Made by a program: the position numbers and the translations under genes. A DNA stretch of 64,000 nucleotides from Octopus vulgaris. Its lineage: Eukaryota. The notes under the pieces were generated by a model. It made no database searches, had not been told where the DNA came from, and saw only the letters and a list, made by a program, of their open reading frames with translations. The stretch spans positions 80,352,001-80,416,000 of the forward strand of contig OX597814.1 in the NCBI GenBank assembly GCA_951406725.2, read 5' to 3'. Positions 1 through 12,664 of this stretch are shown here, one piece after another (position 1 is the first letter of the stretch; every line of letters starts with the position of its first letter).

Positions 1-633
1 TTTGTGTCATCAGCATAGCGAGTCTCTCTCTCACACACATATATTCTTCGAAAATAAAATGATGTTGCGGCTTCAAAATTATGTGTTGGGTAAAAAAAAT
101 TTATAAGACTGCATTGCTCTTCCCACATTATAAACAATCCGGTAAAATAACATCATCTTCATCATATGCTTAATCCTTGACAGATTTCTCACCACTAACC
201 GATAAACTCAACACTCTTAGAAGAGGCTATCTGTTTTATGCCGCTATTAGTAAAGCTTTTCTTCCGTTTTTATTTAAACCAATTTGCCAAACTATTACAT
301 CAGAAGGTAAAAACTACCCATGGTAATGTAACACTATGCTAGAAATTATATAACAGGACAATCATTTTTATATTGATCTGTTTAATTTAGAGAACAATAT
401 AATCTTTTTTAATGTGCGATGGAATAGTAGAAATAGTGTTTATTTCGGACAAAAATGTTGTCTTTCCTCCAGTGCTCAAATTCTAGTGGTGTCGTAATTG
501 CGCCGACGTGATATGCGCCCGTGTTTAACCTGGCACAGTAATCGCTGTCCAAGACTTAACGCGGCCAAGTTCTTTAGGAAAGTAAAGAGAAAGAAGTGAT
601 GATTTTATTACATACGCAGAAACACTCAACAGG

Positions 634-1043
634 ATGTGTGAAAGTTTTAAACTCAAAGAACCTGAGATGTTCAAGCGTCTTATTTTCGTACATCTAACCT
701 TACAGTCCGTAACAGAAGAATGCCAAAGGATGGTAAACCTTAAACTCGACGCAGAAAAAATTCAAGAAAAGGATTCCTCAAAAATACAGATATGCCGACC
801 GGAAAAAAGTACAACCAAAAAAGAGCGCCACGTCCTAATCCATGTTATGGATGTGGGGGCATACATTTTGGAAAAGACTGCCCATTTAAAAATCAAAAAT
901 GTTACAGTTGCAAAAGAATTGGTTACAAGAGTCACATTGCAGAACAAAATTACGAAGGTCAAGCGTTAAAAATCCTAAAGTGCTCTCAGCAGAAACAAAG
1001 ATCGACTCCAAATAAGAAAATTCGTACACATAAAAATAAATGA
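634..1043 (+). pseudogene. Gypsy gag remnant with CCHC zinc knuckles
   Basis: ORF 792-1043 contains CYGCGGIHFGKDC followed by CYSCKRIGY. Confidence 0.85.
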
Positions 1044-1434
1044 GATACATATTAAACATCAATTGGATACTGGAAGTGATATTTCAAAAATAAATATGGA
1101 CACATGGAAGAAAATAGGAAAGTCTATGTTGAGACAAACAGTGAAATTTGCTCGTAGCGTGACGGACGACAAATTACATTTCATAGGCGAAATGTGGACT
1201 AATGTCACATTTCGAGGGAAAATAAGCAAGGTGAAAGTCTTCGTCGTTAAAAATGCAGCCGATCTGTTTGGTATCGATTGGTTAGAATTATTTGAATTAT
1301 GGTACTTTCCCATAAACCTCTATTGTAAAAACGTAAATGATTGTCCCACTAAAAATAATTCATCTGAAGAGTTGAAGAGAAAATTTTTTAAATGTTTCCG
1401 CAAGTACTCTCGGACAAACAAGGTCTGTGAATAA
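1040..1434 (+). pseudogene. Gypsy aspartic protease remnant
   Basis: Active-site motif (L)DTGSDIS and C-terminal LFGIDWL motif. Confidence 0.88.
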
Positions 1435-1479
1435 AGACTGAAGCGTGTTTTCAATTAGATGATGACGTTACACCTGTTT

Positions 1480-2700
1480 TCAAGCCTAATAGGCAAGTAA
1501 TTTTTGTGGCAATAAAGCAAGTGGACGATGAGTTGGACAAATTGGTAAAAAACGGAATCATTTCAAAAGTGGATTACGTGAAATGAGCCACCGACTGTAT
1601 GTATAAAAAAGAAAAAATAACAAAATCAGGTTTTATGACGATTTTTCGATCGGTTTAAATGATTGTTTAAAAATGAACCATTATCCACTACCGACCCCAA
1701 AAGATAGTTTTCAAAACTAAACGAAGAAAAAATATTTTCAAAACTCGATCTGCCTGACGCATATCTACAAATCAAAGTATATAAAAATTACTCAAAGCTG
1801 TTAACGGTCCACACGCACAGGGGTCTATACAAATACAATAGACTACCTTTCAGACTAGGGGTAGCACCTGCAATATTTCAACAGGTGATGGACGCGATGT
1901 TGGCAGACTGTCAATTTACTATTCCTTACCTTGATGCCATGTTAATCAAAAGCGAATCGCGGAATGAGCATATCGAACAAGTGAAGTGTATCTTTACAAA
2001 AATATGAATTATGGTTTCACACTCGAAGAGGTGTGAATTTGTTTGCCTAAAATCAAATATCTAGGTAAAATTATAGATAAGAATGGAAGACGTCCTGACC
2101 CGTCGAGGGCAGACGCAATCAAGAATATGCCTCCTCCAACGAATATACCAACAGTACAAGCCTTCCTTAGCCTAGCAAATTACTATCAGCAGTACATTTC
2201 AATTTACTAAAAAAGAAGTAAAATGGAATTGGTCAGTAAAGTGCCAAAATTCATTTGAAGACATAAAGGAAATACTAATTTCTGACTTGTCACCAGCACA
2301 TTTCGATCCTAGAATGGACATTGTTGTAGAGTCTGATGCTTTGAAGTATGGAACAGGAGCAGCCTTGCTATACAAGTATAAAGATGGGAATATGAAACCA
2401 GTAGCTCATGCTTCACATTCACTGATGGCAGCAGAAAAAAGGAATAGTCAGATAGAGAAGGAGGCTCTATCGATTATTTTTGCGGTAAAAATATTTCTCA
2501 GATTTCTACATGGTAGAAGTTTTTTTTATTTCAAATCGATCATTATTATCAATTTTTGAATCAAAAAGGGATTGCCTACTCATAAAGCGAACCGACAACG
2601 GCGCTGGAGTACAATATTGCTGAACTACAATTTTAAGATGCAATATATTACGTCGAAGAAAATTGGTCATGCAGACTGCTAATCGAGGTTAATTCCCAAG
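1480..2700 (+). pseudogene. Gypsy reverse transcriptase and RNase H remnant
   Basis: Read from the DNA: FSKLDLPDAYLQI, YNRLPF...APAIFQ, and YLDA (decayed YLDD, ~1927). RNase H shows SDALKYGTGA and SQIEKEALSIIFAV. Confidence 0.88.
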
Positions 2701-2703
2701 AGC

Positions 2704-3860
2704 GTGGAACCGCCAGAAGAGACCGTGATAGTGTCATTGCTGTCAGAAAATGAAGTAAGAAGTTTTGTGTGTGATATAATCCAGGAATTACCGGTGACAG
2801 CGCATAATATAAAAATGAAATCCGTAGAGGATAGTTACATTACACGAATGAAAGAAACATTGAAAAATAAGCATAATAAAAATACAAATTCAAATAATTT
2901 CTCACTATGCGGCAATGTCTTAATGTACGCGCAGAGAGTAGTAGTACCAAGTGCACTACAGAAACGTGTGTTGCAACAATTTCACTGTGGACACCCAGGA
3001 ATGTCCAGAATGAAAGCTGTAATGAGGAGTTTTGTATATTGGCCGACTATGGACAGGGACATCGAGAAATTGGTGAAAGCATGTAGAGGTTGCGTGTTGG
3101 TAACCAAAGCACCACCAGTAAAATGCCAATCGTGGCTGGAGACTGAGAGCTCATGGTCCAGGATACATATCGACTATGACTGACTAGTGAACGGTGCATA
3201 CTAACTGATCGTTGGGGATAGCAATACAAAGTGGCCAGAGGTATGCAGATGTAATAAGCCCACAGCAAAGACAACAATAAAGTTCCTACTCGAGTTATTT
3301 GCTCGATACGGTGTTCCAGATACGTTGGTTTCAGATAATGGAACACAATTCACGGGATATGAATTAAGAAATTACTGTAATATAAATGCTATAAAGAACA
3401 TGTTTACCCCGCCCTACCACTCGAGGTCAAATGGGCAGACGGAAAGACTTGTCGATACGTTCAAAAGAACTCTAAGAAAGGCTAGGAACGAGCTAGATAA
3501 TGACAAGGCACTAACGAAATTTTTTAGAGTATATAGAATAACACCAAATCCAAATATTAATTCAGGAAAGTCACCAGCAGAGTTACTATTCGCGCGTAAA
3601 ATAGAATCAATCTTCGATAAATTATTGCCAGGAAAAAATAAATATATAAAGGAAAGATAAAAAATACATTTGAAGGAAATACAAGAAATACTACAAAACA
3701 TTTCGAAGTAGGAGATCAAGTTCATTTTAAAAACTACAAAAATGGTAACGGTTGGGAGGATAGCTGTGTAATCAAAAGATTAGGTAACATGATGTATTTA
3801 ATTAAAGAGCAACATTCGGAACATAAGAGGCACCTTAACCAGTTAAAGATGAGACATACA
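2704..3860 (+). pseudogene. Gypsy integrase remnant
   Basis: HHCC domain (HCGHPG...YWP...CRGC) and catalytic core (RIHID, VSDNGTQF, SNGQTER), interrupted by stops. Confidence 0.9.
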
Positions 3861-4417
3861 TTCATATATATACAGAAAAACAAGACTTCACTAGTACTTT
3901 AACGAATCAAAACTCAGATCCGTCCACGGATAAAATTATAAATACACCGGATTCCAAAAAAAACGCCGTTATAAGCGAAAGTCCCAGCATACGACGGAAA
4001 AAGAATCACAGAAACTGTAAACCAAACCCCTTTTTTTATTATCTTCATTTCTCCCTTGTTTCTCTCCCTCTTAACTCAGTATAACTGAAACTTTGATGAT
4101 CTGCGTGTCTTATCGATCACTACTAACAATATTGAATTAGTGCATTTAAACAAGATGATCCACATCTTTTATATTATTGAGTGTTATGAACATTTAAACT
4201 TGTAAACATTGAAACTTTTAAACATGTTTTTCTAATTCATAGTTTCAAATTTTTACTATTGACAAACAAAAACTATTATTGAAACTAGTTTGATATATAT
4301 GTAAATTAGTTTATTTAAAAACAATTGCAAGATTTTCGAATTTTGGTGCATTTTCAACAGAAAATTTGCCTATATTTTTCCCTGCGTCGAAATACATCAC
4401 CTCATTTGTGTATATAT

Positions 4418-4457
<40 letters not shown>

Positions 4458-4488
4458 TCACACACACATAAAGACAGTAGTTTATGTT

Positions 4489-4521
<33 letters not shown>

Positions 4522-4529
4522 ATATGTAT

Positions 4530-4575
<46 letters not shown>

Positions 4576-4658
4576 TTTGTTTAACCGTTACCGTTTTCAA
4601 TTTCGTTTTCGTCTTTCGTATTTACATCCGTCTCGTGCGTTTACATTCTTGTCTTCTA

Positions 4659-4772
4659 CCAAGAAATCTAATGCTTACAGCTTAGTTTTTTTCTTGGGGC
4701 TGGCCGAGGTGGAGCAAATATCAGAATTGAACAGCCGAAATTTGCTATGATGATTCGGTGTCTGACTGAAGA
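4659..4772 (+). ncRNA. Candidate rearranged (non-circularly permuted) hammerhead ribozyme, intact core
   Basis: GGCTG 4698-4702 pairs with CAGCC 4732-4736. AGCAAAT-A 4713-4720 pairs with GAA-ATTTGCT 4737-4746. TCAGA 4721-4725 pairs with TCTGA-CTGAAGA 4761-4772. An upstream hairpin spans 4659-4697. Confidence 0.75.
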
Positions 4773-5364
4773 TTGAAGGCTTCGAATGATTTGTCTGTGT
4801 TCCGTGTTTGTCCCTTCCTGTATTTCACGTTCTTTATATATAAAACATTTATTCTTATATTACTGCGGCGTTACGTGCACCCCCCCCCCCCGTTTTTTTA
4901 TCCAATTTTAAACCCTGCACGACTTCTATATACTTCTCTTTCCTACCCGCCATTGCTTCTTGACCAAACTATTTTGGCGCCCTTTTTTTCTTCCCCCTCT
5001 TCCTCCCATCCTCCTCAATCCCTTCTCTCTCTTTTTCTCTCGGTCTCTGACTGATTCTGTCCCCTGCCTTCCACCCTCTTTGATTCCCTCTCTCTCTGTC
5101 TCTCTTTCTCTCTCTCCCCTGCAACCTGCTGCTTCTCCACCATTTCGTTGGCGATCGTATCTCGCCAACATCTGTATTTGTCCCATCTACCGAAAAGGTA
5201 ATTATTTCTACGCCTGCTGCTATGTTTGTTGTTTTGTCTCATTTGGTCTAAAGTCGTATGACAACCACCGTTATATTATATTTTGTTTAACCGTTACCGT
5301 TTTCAATTTCGTTTTCGTCTCTCGTATTTACATCCGTCTCGTGCGTTTACATTCTTGTCTTCTA

Positions 5365-5479
5365 CCAAGAAATCTAATGCTTACAGCTTAGTTTTTTTTC
5401 TTGGGGCTGGCCGAGTTGGAGCAAATATCAGAATTGAACAGCCGACATTTGCTATGATGATTCGGTGTCTGACTGAAGA
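5365..5479 (+). ncRNA. Second copy of the rearranged hammerhead, core mutated (GAA to GAC at 5444-5446)
   Basis: Near-identical to 4659-4772; the core GAA is substituted. Confidence 0.65.
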
Positions 5480-5560
5480 TTGAAGGCTTCGAATGATTTG
5501 TCTGTGTTCCGTGTTTGTCCCTTCCTGTATTTCACGTTCTTTATATATAAAACATTTATT

Positions 5561-5614
<54 letters not shown>

Positions 5615-6345
5615 CATGCGATAATATAAGCTCAAAAGGAAGTAGATAAAATGCCGTTCGAATACACTGCGCATAATGTTACTCCGAGTTTCCTATTAAC
5701 GGTCTTCAGATAAAAGAGCCAATGCAATGGTTTTAAATACTACATACGCCTTGACATTGGTGGATCTTTGACCAATACATTTGTGATGGAGATTACGAGA
5801 TCACTTTTTCGAATCCAACTGACAAACTAAATTTCTTTATTCCTATCCATCTTATTTTCACAAGCGATAATACACCTTCACACAGCTAGTAATTATCTTC
5901 AGATTCTTTCAACACGACGCCTGTCACGGAAGATGCACAAAACACACACAGACGCGCGCATATATATATATATGATTACAAGCCTGTAAATCAACACGTG
6001 TGCATGTGTGCGTGTCCGTGTGTGAGAGCGTGTTTGTGGGTGTTTGCGATTGTGTGCGTGTGTGTGCGCGCGCGTGATTATGTAGACATGCGCGCGTGAA
6101 AGCGTATAAACAAGGTTGACAGAAAGACATAATTCATGTTGTCAGTAGCAAAATGGGAAAAGGAATTGTTTAAAAAATGATCATCTCCAGGTTAGAGTGT
6201 CAACCCTAGAGGCCTTAATCTATGAGATTTGTCACCGATAGTAAACTGCACACGCGTATACACATAAACACGCACACATATACAGACACACGCACACAGA
6301 CTCACACGCATATATATATATATATATATATACATACTTATATAT

Positions 6346-6398
<53 letters not shown>

Positions 6399-7457
6399 TA
6401 TGTATATGTATGTGTGTGTGTGTGTATTTGTGTGTGTTCATACAAAGAGGATTTGGCGGAGAGAGATATACTGTGAGAGGCATAAATAAATATATACATA
6501 TAAACACATGTTTGTGTATGCAATTTATCAATTTCTCTTGTTTTGACACGCACACACGCAAATACCCATCCTCGCCCACTTCTCTCTCTCTATACATATA
6601 TGTACATCCATCAATCCATCAATACATATATACATACAGATATACATAGGTACATAATACATATATGTATGAATACATACACACATTCATGCATGCATAC
6701 ATAGATTCATGCATACATACATATATACATATATACATTCATGTATACATATAGACATTCCTGCATACTTACATGCATGCAAACATACATACACGCATGT
6801 ATGAATACTTACACACATACATACATACATATATGCATATATACATACATTCATACATGCATGCATGCATACATACATACATGCATACATAATACATACA
6901 TGCACATATTTCCTATACATACATTCTCGGAAATTTTCGGTAAAAATCATGAACTACGAAAAGTGCTTATCTTTGTCTGTATGTGTGCCTGTATATGTGT
7001 GCGTCTTTGTGTGTGTGTTTGTATATGTGTGTGTGTTCACGCGCATGTGTATCTGAGTGTGTGTATCCGCGTGTGTGTGTGCATGTGTGTTTGTGTGTGG
7101 AGGTAAGTGTGTTCATATGGGTGTATACCGCTTTATATCAATATACATAAATATATCTCTGTGACTCAAAATCAAATTAATGTTGAGTTTGTGTGCTTTG
7201 AGTAATTTCGCAAATGCATATATCTCCATATCTTAATGCAGTTATTTGTAGCGTGTGCGATGTGTGTGTGTGTGTATGTGTGTGTGTATGTGTGTGTGTG
7301 CGTGCGTGTATACCACTGTCATTATATAAGCCTATGTATCCGCGTTCATGAGAACTTACTACTGTATAGGTATATGGCTTTATAACAAATCAGTGTCAAA
7401 ACGCATGCGTATATGTCCTTGAAGAACATATACATACATACATACATACACACACAC

Positions 7458-7497
<40 letters not shown>

Positions 7498-7499
7498 CC

Positions 7500-7530
<31 letters not shown>

Positions 7531-7536
7531 TGTATA

Positions 7537-7762
<226 letters not shown>

Positions 7763-7803
7763 TATACATATATATATATACATATATATACATATATAAA
7801 CCC

Positions 7804-7835
<32 letters not shown>

Positions 7836-7881
7836 TTAACCATACAAATATACATACATATAACCCTAGATATAGAAATTG

Positions 7882-7924
<43 letters not shown>

Positions 7925-7968
7925 ACCATACAAATATACATACATATAACCCTAGATATAGAAATTGT

Positions 7969-7996
<28 letters not shown>

Positions 7997-8000
<4 letters not shown>

Positions 8001-9278
8001 GTTGTCAAGAAAGTTCTTGCGGAATTTTTTATTTTGGTTTTAAATGATCTATTTTCAAATTTATTTTCGTTAAATTACTTTGACTTTATATATAATTTTG
8101 AAGCCCTTTTTTCGCTCTATCTTATCGTGTTACCCTTTACTTTTTTGAATAATTAGGCCATTTTTTCCGAAACGTTGAATACAACATGGACAAAAACAAA
8201 CTCGCTCAATTTTCTTATTTCAGTTCAAGCTAGGCCGAAAAGCTGCTGAAACAGCTCGCGATATGAACGATGCATCTGACCCAAGAACCACTAATGAACG
8301 TACAGCACAATGGTGGTTCAAGAAATTTCGTAGTGGTGACGAGAGTCTTGAAGATGATAAGCGTAGTGGTCGGCCATCGGATGTTGACAACGATCAACTA
8401 AGAGCCTTAGTCAAAACCAATATACGCACAGATGTTCGAGAGCTTGCTTCTGAATTAGACGTAACGTAAACGACAATTTCCAACCACTTGAAAGGGATTG
8501 TAAAAATAAAACTACTTGAGAAATAGGTGCTGCATGAACTGAACGACAACAACAAAAAAACACCGTTTTGACGTGTCTTTCCTTCTTTTACGCAATAAGG
8601 ACGACCTGTTTCTCGACCGGATTGTGAATTGCGATGAAAAGTGGATTCTTTATGACAATCAGCGACGCTCAGCTCAGTGATTGGACGCCAACGAAGCTCC
8701 TCGACACTTCCCAAAGCCGAAGTTGCGCTAAAAAAAGGTCATGGTGACTGTTTGGTGGTCTGCGGCTGGTCTCATCCATCACAGCTTTTTGGATCCAAGC
8801 GTAACCATTACGGCGGGGTAGTACTGTCAGCAAATGGATGAAAGGCATAAGAAACTTCGGCAACAACAGTCAGTATTGATCAATAGAAAAGGACCAATTC
8901 TTCTCTACGACAACGCTCGGCTGCACGTCGCACAACTGACCCTGCAAAAGTTGAATTAATTGGGCTACGAAACTCTGCCTCAATCGCCATACTCACCAGA
9001 CCTCCCGCCTGCCGACTACCACTTTTCAAGCATCTCGACAACTTCTTGCGTGGGAAATGTTTCAAAAACCAAGACGATGTCAAACACGCCTTCAACGACT
9101 TCATCGCCACCAAAACGCAGGATTTTTACGCTACTGGCATAAATAAACTTGTTTCGCGTTGGCAAAAGTGAGTTAATTCTGATAGTGTTTATTTCGATTA
9201 ATAAAGTTTTGTTTGAGCCGAGATATGTGCATCTGAATTTAAAGGTTAATAATCGCAAGAACTTTCTTGACAACCTGA
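7997..9278 (+). mobile_element. Full-length mariner DNA transposon (~1.28 kb), inactivated
   Basis: TIRs ttaggttgtcaagaaagttcttgcg and cgcaagaactttcttgacaacctga. Inserted at a TA run and carries transposase motifs. Confidence 0.93.
8186..9201 (+). pseudogene. Mariner transposase pseudogene
   Basis: WFKKFRSGDESLEDDKRSGRP (HTH), CDEKWI, YDNAR and PYSPDLPPADYH, with several stops and frameshifts. Confidence 0.92.
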
Positions 9279-9311
9279 TGTGTGTGTGTGTGTAGATGGA
9301 TAGATAGATAT

Positions 9312-9344
<33 letters not shown>

Positions 9345-9364
9345 TAGCTAGATACAGCTACAAT

Positions 9365-9395
<31 letters not shown>

Positions 9396-9423
9396 CGATC
9401 GATAGATAGATAGATAGATAGAC

Positions 9424-9487
<64 letters not shown>

Positions 9488-9668
9488 GAGATAAGATAAG
9501 ATAAGATTTGCATGTGTGTAACAAATATATATCTCATAATAAAATAGGCAGTTATCTGTAGAACTGGACGGCCGGAGTCATCGAAATATAGTGCAAGCAG
9601 GCAAATGTTCCACAGGCATTTATCAACTTTGCATAGTGTATGACATCGGGTCACTATTTGAGTTAAAG

Positions 9669-9747
<79 letters not shown>

Positions 9748-9924
9748 GCAAATGTTTTTCCAAAGAGATTTACATTTCTTGTTTGAAGCCCCAATGATGC
9801 CATAGGGTGACGTACAAAAATTCAACAATGAGTGTCTTGCATTTTAATGCAGAAACTGCTATAATCTAATAAAGTTCATTACATAATTCCTTATTCCTTC
9901 GTAATTTTATTTCTTAGATATGTG

Positions 9925-9956
<32 letters not shown>

Positions 9957-10163
9957 TGTATGTATGTATGTATGTATGTATGTATGTATGAATGTATGTG
10001 TGTATACAAGTTTTGTGTACTGTTGAATAATCAAATGAATAACAATAAGAAGGCCAAAACAATATATTTCTCAATATATATATAACCTTTTAGAGCTACA
10101 TAAAGGAAAGAGCCCACGCATGTGTATGCGTTCGGGGGGGTGTAGAATAAATATACATATATT

Positions 10164-10209
<46 letters not shown>

Positions 10210-11049
10210 TGCGTGTGTGTGTGTGTGAATATGTATATATATATGTATATATATATATATATATATATAAGTAGATAGCAGATACACATTTCTTGCATCT
10301 CAACTCATCTATACATGGGATAGTTTTCATTGAAAGCGCTCGATTGGAAATCAATATTAAGTTACTTAGAACCATGACAACAATGTCTACGTACATAAAA
10401 TAGAATGGAGAAATCTCAGATGTATCATACGAAATAAATATGGACATATTACCTTAAATGTGGGACATAAATTTGTTTCAAAATGTGTCTCTTCAACCGA
10501 GACACACAGTTTTCTCTATACATACACAAGGTTCCCATGAGTCGACTCAAAACGAACGGAACAAGAAATGAAAATGGAACGAGCGTTGTATATGATTAAA
10601 CAAAAAAATCTATTTCTATGAGGCTTTTTTAAACCTCTAAAGTTCGCAACTATGCTGTACATTTTATATAACTTATGCAATTTGAAGAGTAGGATATCTG
10701 TGAGAAATTTAGAATAGCAGAACAAAGCTACTTTCGGGCGCCAGGATAGTTGAGTCTTCGCGAAATTTAAGTGTGCTGAGCTTTTTCTTTTATTTTTGGG
10801 AATGGCCCGAGCAAATAGTCAAGAGACCTTCCTGGCGGTCCGGGCCTTAGACCAAAGCACTGGTTATACAAGAGCAATACATGTCGATAATAAACACAGA
10901 TGTTCCTTCGAAACACATCAGAATTCATTGAACTACAGGTATTTTTTGACTGAAAGTACCGAAAAAAAAATTCAATTAAATAAATTAGCGCTATAATCAT
11001 ATCTATGAGAAAAAGAAAAAAGTGGGTGAATTAAATTCAAAAATTTTGA

Positions 11050-11490
11050 CAAAGATTGACCTTGAACTCTGCTGTGCATGTGCACTCGGTTTCAACGTCT
11101 TGGCTCATTTCCACTGTTTACAATAGTGCTCGGAAGGAATGTGTGTAGCGTGTGATCGTCGCATTGAACATGACAGAGAAAGTTGAGCAGACAATCTGCA
11201 TCAAATTTTGCCAACAGTTTGGCGATACCGGCTCAGAGACCTACGCAAAGTTTTCAAATGTTTTCATCGTTCTCGACACAATCAAGATCTTATGCAACTG
11301 AAACGTGAATGTCTTTTTGGTCAGCTGAAAGCAGTTTTGCCACAAACTTGACAGACACACGTCTCATACCCAAATCTTCAGTGATAATGGACTGAACCGT
11401 AACTAATCTGTACATCCGCTGATAACTCGCAGATGGTGAATGTTAAAACTTAGTGCACATATACAGCAGAGTTTAAGGTTAATCTGTGCC
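11050..11490 (+). mobile_element. Internally deleted mariner derivative with inverted arms
   Basis: Arms gattgaccttgaactctgctgtgcatgtgcact (~11055) and agtgcacatatacagcagagtttaaggttaatc (~11452). An internal MTEKVEQTICIKFCQQFG...ET resembles a mariner transposase N-terminus. Confidence 0.6.
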
Positions 11491-11908
11491 AAGCGGCTTC
11501 ACTCTGCGTTCTTTAGATTCGTTACTATGACAACAGTTGAAATACTTATTGATTAGATCTCGTTTGTATGTATGTGTGTGTGTATGCAGCTATGTATCCA
11601 TATATGTATATATGTAGATATGAATGTATTTCTAGATTTCTATGCAAATGAGTGTATATAGAATTCATATATATGAGCGTGATCATAACTGTACGTGTCG
11701 ACATGCTATTGAATGTAAAAGGTGGGTGTATATATGCATATGACACTGTATGCGCATATTTACACCAATGTGTACGTAGTATGTATATATATCATATGAT
11801 ATATTACATTATACTGTATTATATTATTAATATATATATGTATGTATATATGTATATATATATATATATATATGTACATATATATGTATATATATATATA
11901 TGTGTGTG

Positions 11909-11986
<78 letters not shown>

Positions 11987-12164
11987 TGTATATGTGTATA
12001 TGTATATATATGTATATACGTACGTACATACATACATACATACATACACACTCATACACAAACGCAAGCACACAAAGAGCCTCATGCAAGTGAGCGTGAA
12101 ACTATGCAAGATTGTGTGTGTGCGAGTGTGTGTCTGCACGTCTGTGTGTGTCTGTGTGTCTCTG

Positions 12165-12199
<35 letters not shown>

Positions 12200-12605
12200 A
12201 TAATAAAGGAAAAGAAAAAAGGTGTGAATCCCTTGCCACTACTCTCTTCTTTCATTTTTTTCTTTTTCTTTTTCTTTTTCTTTTTCTTTATATTCCCCGT
12301 TGACAAGACTTGTCGTCGTGTATTGCGAACATAAAAATGTCAACGAGATTCAAATCAACGAAAATTAAATAAACTGTCAAGCGTGTTTACGATGGCGGTT
12401 GACAATAACAACAAAATATAGTAACTCAAACTCAAAAAAACACCAAGAAAACAAATAACAATGACAACAACAACAGTAATAATAATACAAATAACTGAAA
12501 TATCAAGAAACTAAATTATTAAAGTGTCCTCCCCGCGTAAACAATAGAAAAGTGAAATGCGCGCACAAGTGTGTATTTGTATGTATATGTATGTGCATGT
12601 ACATG

Positions 12606-12664
<59 letters not shown>

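Larger units (their letters stand above)
560..4128 (+). mobile_element. Decayed Ty3/Gypsy LTR retrotransposon (gag-PR-RT-RH-IN order)
   Basis: The domain order is diagnostic of Ty3/Gypsy, with many stops and frameshifts. A possible 3' LTR end '...tactaaCA' lies at 4128. No matching 5' LTR was found, so boundaries are approximate. Confidence 0.9.
4568..5567 (+). mobile_element. Non-coding element with ~293-bp direct repeats (retrozyme-like / non-autonomous PLE, partial tandem)
   Basis: Near-identical repeats at 4568-4860 and 5273-5567 flank a pyrimidine-rich spacer, with (TA)n on both sides. Homologues occur at 29.0, 49.5 and 57.3-58.3 kb. Confidence 0.8.

Noticed and set aside
1-24. Minus strand encodes RYADDT, like an RT YADD motif
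   Set aside because: Only six codons at the window edge next to a microsatellite, which cannot be distinguished from chance.
4766-4800. Reading the repeat as a canonical type I hammerhead (CUGAAGA-ttgaaggcttc-GAAU)
   Set aside because: There is no GAAA, stem III or downstream stem I partner. The complementary strands lie upstream, giving the rearranged topology instead.
7833-7975. Two copies of a ~55-bp unit containing taacccta (telomere-like word)
   Set aside because: A single telomere-like word within a slippage duplication in a TA tract, not a telomeric array.
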